Of a stretch of DNA of 64,000 bases, positions 57,925-64,000 are shown one piece after another (position 1 is the stretch's first letter; each line of letters starts with the position of its first letter). A program made the translations under genes and the position numbers. Under the pieces are notes generated by a model. The model saw only the letters and a list, made by a program, of their open reading frames with translations, had not been told where the DNA came from and did not search any database. Source of the stretch: Camelus ferus (Eukaryota); assembly GCF_009834535.1 (NCBI RefSeq), contig NC_045707.1:52206001-52270000 (forward strand), read 5' to 3'.

Positions 57925-58258
57925 GTTTATGAATGAAGACAAAGTAATCATGCATCCATGAAATAGAATGCTATGTGGTCATAAAAAGAAATAAAGATGA
58001 TCAAATTTGTACTGATATGAACAGATTTCCAAGATATATTGTTAATTGGAAAAAATCAATCTGCAATAGATTATGTATCGTAAGCCATCACTGTGTAAAA
58101 AAGAGGAAAGTAATATATATATAGATACTTTTCTATGTAGGAAGAGAAAAATTGCTGTCAGATTTTGGTGAAAGGGAGAATTTTTTTCACTATATTCTTT
58201 TGCCATTGTTTGATCCAAGTGTATTCATTATTTACTCAAAATTAAATTATTTTTAAAA
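57925..58258 (+). mobile_element. L1ME-like 3' end
   Basis: atagaatgctatgtggtcataaaaagaa...tactgatatgaacagatttccaagatatattgttaa. Confidence 0.7.
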
Positions 58259-59199
58259 AGGACGTCTAAGTTTTTTAATCTGATATTTAATCAACAGATA
58301 TTCATCAAAAACGTGCCATGTTTAAGCCATGGTTTTAGGCATCAGTGCAAAAAAAGTTTGTCATTAACGTTAAAGTGAACATCTCAATGCACAGAGCTGC
58401 ATTTTCTTTTGATTAATTTTCTCAGAATTATCAGAAATGAAATTATTGACTGAAAATATTTGCATATTTATAGTTCCTGATAATTCTTTCAAAATAATCT
58501 TACTGACATTAATTATGTTAGGATGATAGGATTATGTGTGATTTCATTTCAATTTTAGATTTTCATTTATTTTGTTACAATTGAGAAATGTATTCAACAA
58601 TCTCTACCCTACTTTGAGTCTCTAGGCAAGATTTTATTGTTCTTGATTATTCTGTACATCATCTCTGCATCACAGTAGTTTTTGATCAAATACATGTATA
58701 TTATAGCCTGGTTGACTATAAGTTAGAAACTGACCAATAAGAAGAGTACGGGTGTTGTTAAAGATCATGGTTAAACAGAACACCTTATACAAGAGTCACA
58801 AGAGAAAGAAAAAAATATGAGGCAAATTTAGCCTAGGTTTAGAACTAAACAACTTTCGGTGCCTAGAGGAGCCCTCCCATTCCAGCTTCCAGGCTAGAGA
58901 GCTGCTTGGGCGTGAATGTATTCTACTTTAAATCAATGTCATTAACTGCTGCATATTAGAGAAATGTTTTAGAAGTTACCTTGGTTGAATATGACTGTTT
59001 TGCTTAACTATATAAATTAAGTTGGTGACCTAAAGGCAACCAAAACTTTTCTGTCACAAGCATCTAAGTATTTATTTGTTTGTGAAATGAGAGTGAGGGC
59101 TTAGAGAAACATCTCCGAAAGAACAGTCATAAAATCAGAAGATTTTGTTGATTCAGACAGAGAAGTCCTTGCCCGAAAATGCTTCTAATACGCATACGT

Positions 59200-60800
59200 A
59201 TGTAACAAAACAAAATCATTTTAAAAATAAAAGACCTTGCAAGAACAAATCTATGTTGTCTCCAATGTAAGAAAAAAAAGGACTTGGACATAAGGAGCAA
59301 CAAAAAGTAAATAAGCGAAATATTCAGATGTCACCAAAAGGAGAGATTATGTCAATTTATATTACCATTAGAAATGTATGATTATGCAAGTTCCATCATA
59401 ACCATATGAAGATTAAATAGCAAATATTTTCATCCATTCTAAAAACAAGTTAAAAATAATAGCTGATATAATAGAAGCAGAAATGAATCAAATCAAATGT
59501 ACAGTGAGCCTTACAAAGACAGAAACACATCCTCAATTTACTTGAGCCCTTTACTGGGTTAAGAAGATTTTCCCTATGTTAGATGCCCACTAAAGAGTAA
59601 AGTGAATCTTCTCTTCAGGTAGAAAAAATCATGGAGAATCTTTCCAGTGTTTCCTACACAATATCTGACACTTATGTGTGAAAATATCTCTCAGTTCTTT
59701 GTGTGTTTGTCATAAGATTCTGAAGGCCTGCTGATACATAGTGGAAATAAAGGCAAGTAGCAGTAAATTGAGTTTCAAGGGATTGCTGTTGAGTTCTAGC
59801 CACATAATTCTAACAAATACCTCATTTTAGTCAGTACACGAGGTTTATCTTCTTTAAATGAGTACTATGATAATAAAAATTATACAACACAAAATACAAG
59901 GAGTTGAATTTAATTATTTAACAGAAAATCTTTTAATAGAGTTTACTTTTGATTCTTTAGAGCTGAAGAGAGACAGTTGTGCCAAGATATTTAAAAGTTG
60001 CCAAATACCAAAAAAGAAAAAATGATAACAGACCCACGTAATAGACATCATTGTGATATCTCTGAATCTCAGGAATAAATAGAAGATCCAAAAGTTTTCA
60101 AGGAGCAAAACAAAAACAAAAAGCAAAAAGAGTCATTTTCTAAAGAATTGAAGTCAGACCTTCATGTACTGGGTAAATGCAGTGATTTAGGATTCTCTAA
60201 TTCTGAAATTCTGTGTCCAGACAAGCTGTTATGCAAGTGCCAGAGCCAGATGACTGTCATTTTATCTAACATTGCATACAGTTTACTTCCAAATAAACCT
60301 TTTTCTGAAGAAATTACTTAAATATATGATCCAACAGATTATGGTAAAAACCAAGGGAAAATGCATAGCTACAAGAAACAATGAAACTGAAAATTTGGAT
60401 GAAAAAAAAAATCCATGCTATGTAGAAGACATAGAAAACAATTAGTTTAAATTAAATCAGGACATCAGTGGATTCAAAGATGAGTATCATTTCAAGGAAG
60501 AATGAACTACATTTAAAGCAATGGAAAGAGTGACTGAGGAGCGAATGCTGTTAGTAGCATAATGAAAAAAGCATTTGTGCCCCCTCTCAATAAGTGAGGC
60601 AACCATAAAGAGTACATTTATTGCTGACATGTGAAGAAATTAAAATGTAGAATGATTTTAAACAATTTATACAGTATAAATAAAAATAACTTATTTCACC
60701 TAGATATTAGGAATTTTTTATTGATTCAGGGTTTATGAAACAGCTGAATATAAAGAAATAATTTGCACACATGATTCTAAGCAACAATTAAACTTATATG
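59200..60800 (+). mobile_element. Highly decayed HAL1 / L1 ORF1-like sequence
   Basis: A-rich; agacccacgtaatagacatcattgtgatatctctgaa...aagatccaaaag...aagtcagacc resembles the ORF1 C-terminal half. Confidence 0.45.
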
Positions 60801-61144
60801 TGTATATGTGTATTTTTATATAATTCAAATATTTAATAAGTAAGTTATGCACACTTAGAATAAAACTGAAGACAAAATAATGAAGACATGTCATTGCAGA
60901 ATAAAATGTAATTTTCTCAACTTGATGTGTTTGGTTTTCAAGGAGACATACCCAGTTCATTCTTTAAAATCTACTGGAAATATCTTTTTCTTTTTGAAGC
61001 TACTCTGATTTTACCCTCTCTGTGCTTTCCATCTTGTTAAAATAGTTTCTTCTCCTATTGCCCCGAAGTTCTTTGTTTGATTCTCTAATATCTTCTTAGA
61101 TTATAGTAGCCCTCTATGAGTTTTAGATACTCAAAAACTACTCT

Positions 61145-61193
61145 GTTAAAGTGCTTTTCACATAGGAGTTAAAGTGCTTTTCACATAGGGGTT
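61145..61193. repeat. 23-bp tandem duplication
   Basis: gttaaagtgcttttcacatagga gttaaagtgcttttcacataggg gtt. Confidence 0.95.
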
Positions 61194-61405
61194 CTGGATC
61201 CAGACTATTTGGTTTGAATCTATGATCCTCCACATGCTATGTGAATTGGGCAAGTGACTAAATTTCTATGTGCTCCAGTTTTCTCATATGTAAAATGGGA
61301 ATAACAACAGTGTCCATAAGGTCGATGTGAGGACTGAATGAATTAGTACATGTGAGTAGCATACAGCAGTGTCTGACAGATAAATATGCTAGAATACATA
61401 TTAGC
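61190..61405 (+). mobile_element. MIR SINE
   Basis: ttctggatccagact...ggtttgaatc...gctatgtgaattgggcaagtgactaaatttctatgtgctccagttttctcatatgtaaaatgggaataa. Confidence 0.9.
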
Positions 61406-61507
61406 TCTTTCTCTTATGATGACTGTTGTATTATATATTGGAGATGACATCCATTCAACTGATTTGCATGATTATAAAACGTACTAAATTGATGATCACA
61501 GAGACAC

Positions 61508-61616
61508 ATACTATGTAGTTTATCACCCAAACAAGGATACTTTTATGAGTGAAAGGGCTGTGCTATTAATAATTGGAACCAGGTAACAGTTAATAAGCCA
61601 AAGTATGTTTACCCTA
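61508..61616. mobile_element. MER94-like hAT-Blackjack MITE
   Basis: tttatcacccaaacaaggatactttt...gagtgaaaggg...gctattaataatt...gtatgtttacccta. Confidence 0.65.
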
Positions 61617-61912
61617 TTATTAGGCCTTTCTGTTATGCACCCATCACTCTGCTCACTTTGTCATTTAATTAATAGGCCTAGAAATATTAACTCAAAGTTT
61701 TAGCTACTACCATCTGTCTTCAAGCTTGGGTTACAGCATTCACTTTTCAACTTTAAAAACATTTTTCTAACTAATCCAAATGCTATTTCAAAGTGTAAAT
61801 GATCATATTTCTCTATTTTAAAAATGCTTCAGCAGTTTCTCTTTTCTTCACTCTTCACTGTGACCCCTATGGCCCTCATCATCAATATCATCAGAAATTA
61901 CTTTCTGTCATT

Positions 61913-61966
<54 letters not shown>
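61913..61966. repeat. (AGC)18 trinucleotide repeat
   Basis: Directly visible uninterrupted run at the tail of a minus-strand MIR. Confidence 0.97.
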
Positions 61967-61967
<1 letters not shown>

Positions 61968-61968
<1 letters not shown>

Positions 61969-62200
61969 CTTAGTTCATTTTCCATGTCCTAAAACTTGTA
62001 CTGAATATTTTATGTGGAATTTTCCTTTTAATCTTCACAAAACCTCATGAGGTAATTGTATTATCCTCATTTATGAAACGGAGAAACTGAGGTTCAGAGA
62101 GTTTAGACTAATTGCCTAATATACAATTTATGAGAGATAGAGTCAGATTTCAAAGACTGATAATCTGATACCAGTGCCTTTGGCATTGATCTTAAGTTAT
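61968..62200 (-). mobile_element. MIR SINE
   Basis: tttaatcttcacaaaacctcatgaggta...attatcctcattt...gagaaactgaggttcagagagttt. Confidence 0.9.
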
Positions 62201-62702
62201 ATCACCTCCCCGATAAATGTGTTGATTAAAAGTAAACAACTGTATGATTGAGTGTCTTTTCTTATCTCCTTTCTGTTGCGTGTCAGCCTCGTTTCCTGCC
62301 ACTTCCTATGTCATTGTGTACAGTCCAGCCATTTTGATCTTATTTTCTTTACTCTGAAATGCTTCTTTTGTCTTTGAGCTTTCACACATGCTGGACCTCT
62401 TCTTGAAGCATTTTGCCTTTCCCAGTTTCCCTGAATGATACCTCATCATCTGTGAAGTGATAGATTCGGTGATACTTATTCTGTTATACTTTTCAGTATC
62501 CCCTCCACTTTTACTTGGTGCCCCGTTCTGTTCTTGCAGTCATGGTATTGATCACATTCTGCTTAAAAAGTCAATTTATATGCCTCAGTCTCCCAACTAG
62601 ATTGTAGGTACCATGAAGGCAAGTACAGTGTCTGCCTTTTCTTACCACAGAATTCCTAGCATGTTGGTGCATAATAAACATTTGAGAATGTATGAGAAAA
62701 CT

Positions 62703-63189
62703 TGTATCAGATGAAGTTGAGCAGACAGATAAGACTTTATTCAAGACTATTGCAAAGACAGGGAAATATTGAACTTATCTCTGCTGAAATACATGGCGGG
62801 AGATTTTCCAGAGCTGAGATGAACTGGTGAAAAATGACTAGAGGGTGTTAGGCGGAGGTTAGTCAATATGATGAGGTCATTTGTGTTTGTAAATAATGCA
62901 TATTCTTAGGCTCCTACCTTTACCTAGAGAATTGGAGACAGAGGCACCATCTTTCTTGACGATTATGTCTTAAAGGGAAGACTCTCAAGTCTTTGAGAAA
63001 GACATTCCTGGGTTGTAAAATTGGCAAGAGATTAGGAGAAGATTTATAACTCAAAGGGCCAGAAAAATAATTCACAATTGCAAGTTTAAAATAAATGCTC
63101 TGAGAAAAGGGAGGTTAGGGGCCTAAAGTCTGGAAAAGACCTATGTAAAGTTTAGTCAAGCCAAGGGGAATTGTAAACTCATCTTATTC
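62703..63189 (-). mobile_element. ERV1 solo LTR (MER67/MER31-like)
   Basis: agactttattcaagactattgca (antisense poly-A signal)...ttgagaaagacattcctgggttgt...acaattgcaagttt...taaagtttagtcaagc. Confidence 0.85.
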
Positions 63190-63195
63190 GAGATC

Positions 63196-63817
63196 TGTTT
63201 ATCACTGCAGGGAGGGAAGGAAAAAAAAAAACCTTGACCTGAGAAAAAGAATTCAAGTGGAAGACTGAAAGCATGATATAAACGATTTTTTGGGGGGGGG
63301 AGGTGAGAGGTGATATTTTACTTTTATTTTATTATTTTTTTTAATTAAAGTATAGTCAGAGCAAAAGTCAGTAGAGTACACCTTCAAAAACTGAAGGCAG
63401 GCCAACCCAAGAGGGGAAAAATGGCCCCACTTCTTTGTTTCTCCTGTCTTACATCCTGGCTTTAAGGGTGTTCTTGTGATTGACTGATGGCTCACGCCCC
63501 TTGAGTGTTCAGGCATGCCCAGTTCCTTTGCGCACGGCCTTGCCAAGGATGCACACAGGAAAAACCTGCAGGAGGGGGCCCAAACCGCAATGCTGATTAC
63601 ACGGTAAGGAGCATTGGGTTACCTTAAGTCGGGTTCTTCTCTCTACGTGCAGCTGCAGCATTCAGTTCTAACTAGCTTCTTTGTTGGCGTTCATTTAGAA
63701 AAAGTAAAACTCTCTGAAGCCCCTTATCCTAAGCACAGGCGTACTGTTATTTTCTGGGTTGTTCCTGCCCCTTCCTCTCCCCTTGCCCAGTGCTCATTTC
63801 TGTCTAACTGCCTAAGA
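63196..63817 (-). mobile_element. Second ERV-type solo LTR, family not identified
   Basis: GC-richer and CpG-retaining; starts tgtt, ends tgtctaactgcctaaga (LTR-like terminus); antisense tttatt about 130 nt in. Confidence 0.65.
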
Positions 63818-64000
63818 TGTATGTGAAATAAGTGGATAATTAACCAGAAAAGTTGAACACTCGTTAATACACTAACAAGTTTTGACATGTATTGATAAGG
63901 ACTGTTACCTGACTTTGTTTTATAGAATTTAAATAAAGTTTTAAAAAATACACACAGGACATTTAGCCTTTTAAATATTCAAACTAGTTGTCTTGGTTAC

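Noticed and set aside
61145..61190. CRISPR-like repeat or AAGUGCU-seed microRNA
   Set aside because: Only two adjacent copies with no spacer, eukaryotic context and no long hairpin
61799..62050. Poly-serine ORF
   Set aside because: Translation of the (AGC)18 repeat running into an antisense MIR

Overview
AT-rich mammalian genomic DNA, most likely camelid (camel or alpaca), judged from two Vic-1-type tRNA-derived SINEs and the lineage-specific L1 3' ends. The window looks intergenic or deep-intronic. A large fraction is interspersed repeat: young and old L1, L2, MIR, MaLR and ERV1 solo LTRs, a Tigger1 derivative and hAT MITEs. I recognise no host protein-coding exon and no intact RNA gene. 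The only ORFs with recognisable products are L1 ORF2 remnants. The best-supported oddities are retrotransposition and repair fossils: a 5'-half tRNA-Gly(TCC) tailless retrocopy, a twin-primed L1, an L1 with a doubled 3' end inside one TSD, an L1 deletion with templated filler, and ultra-short L1 tail insertions. More speculative are phase-compatible plus-strand candidate exons (about 7.8, 32.9 and 38.5 kb) that could splice into a 58-71 aa micro-ORF, and several repeat-free blocks with regulatory motifs. I cannot support a claim of a new biological system from this sequence alone. Repeat family names and boundaries come from recalled consensus sequences and are approximate.
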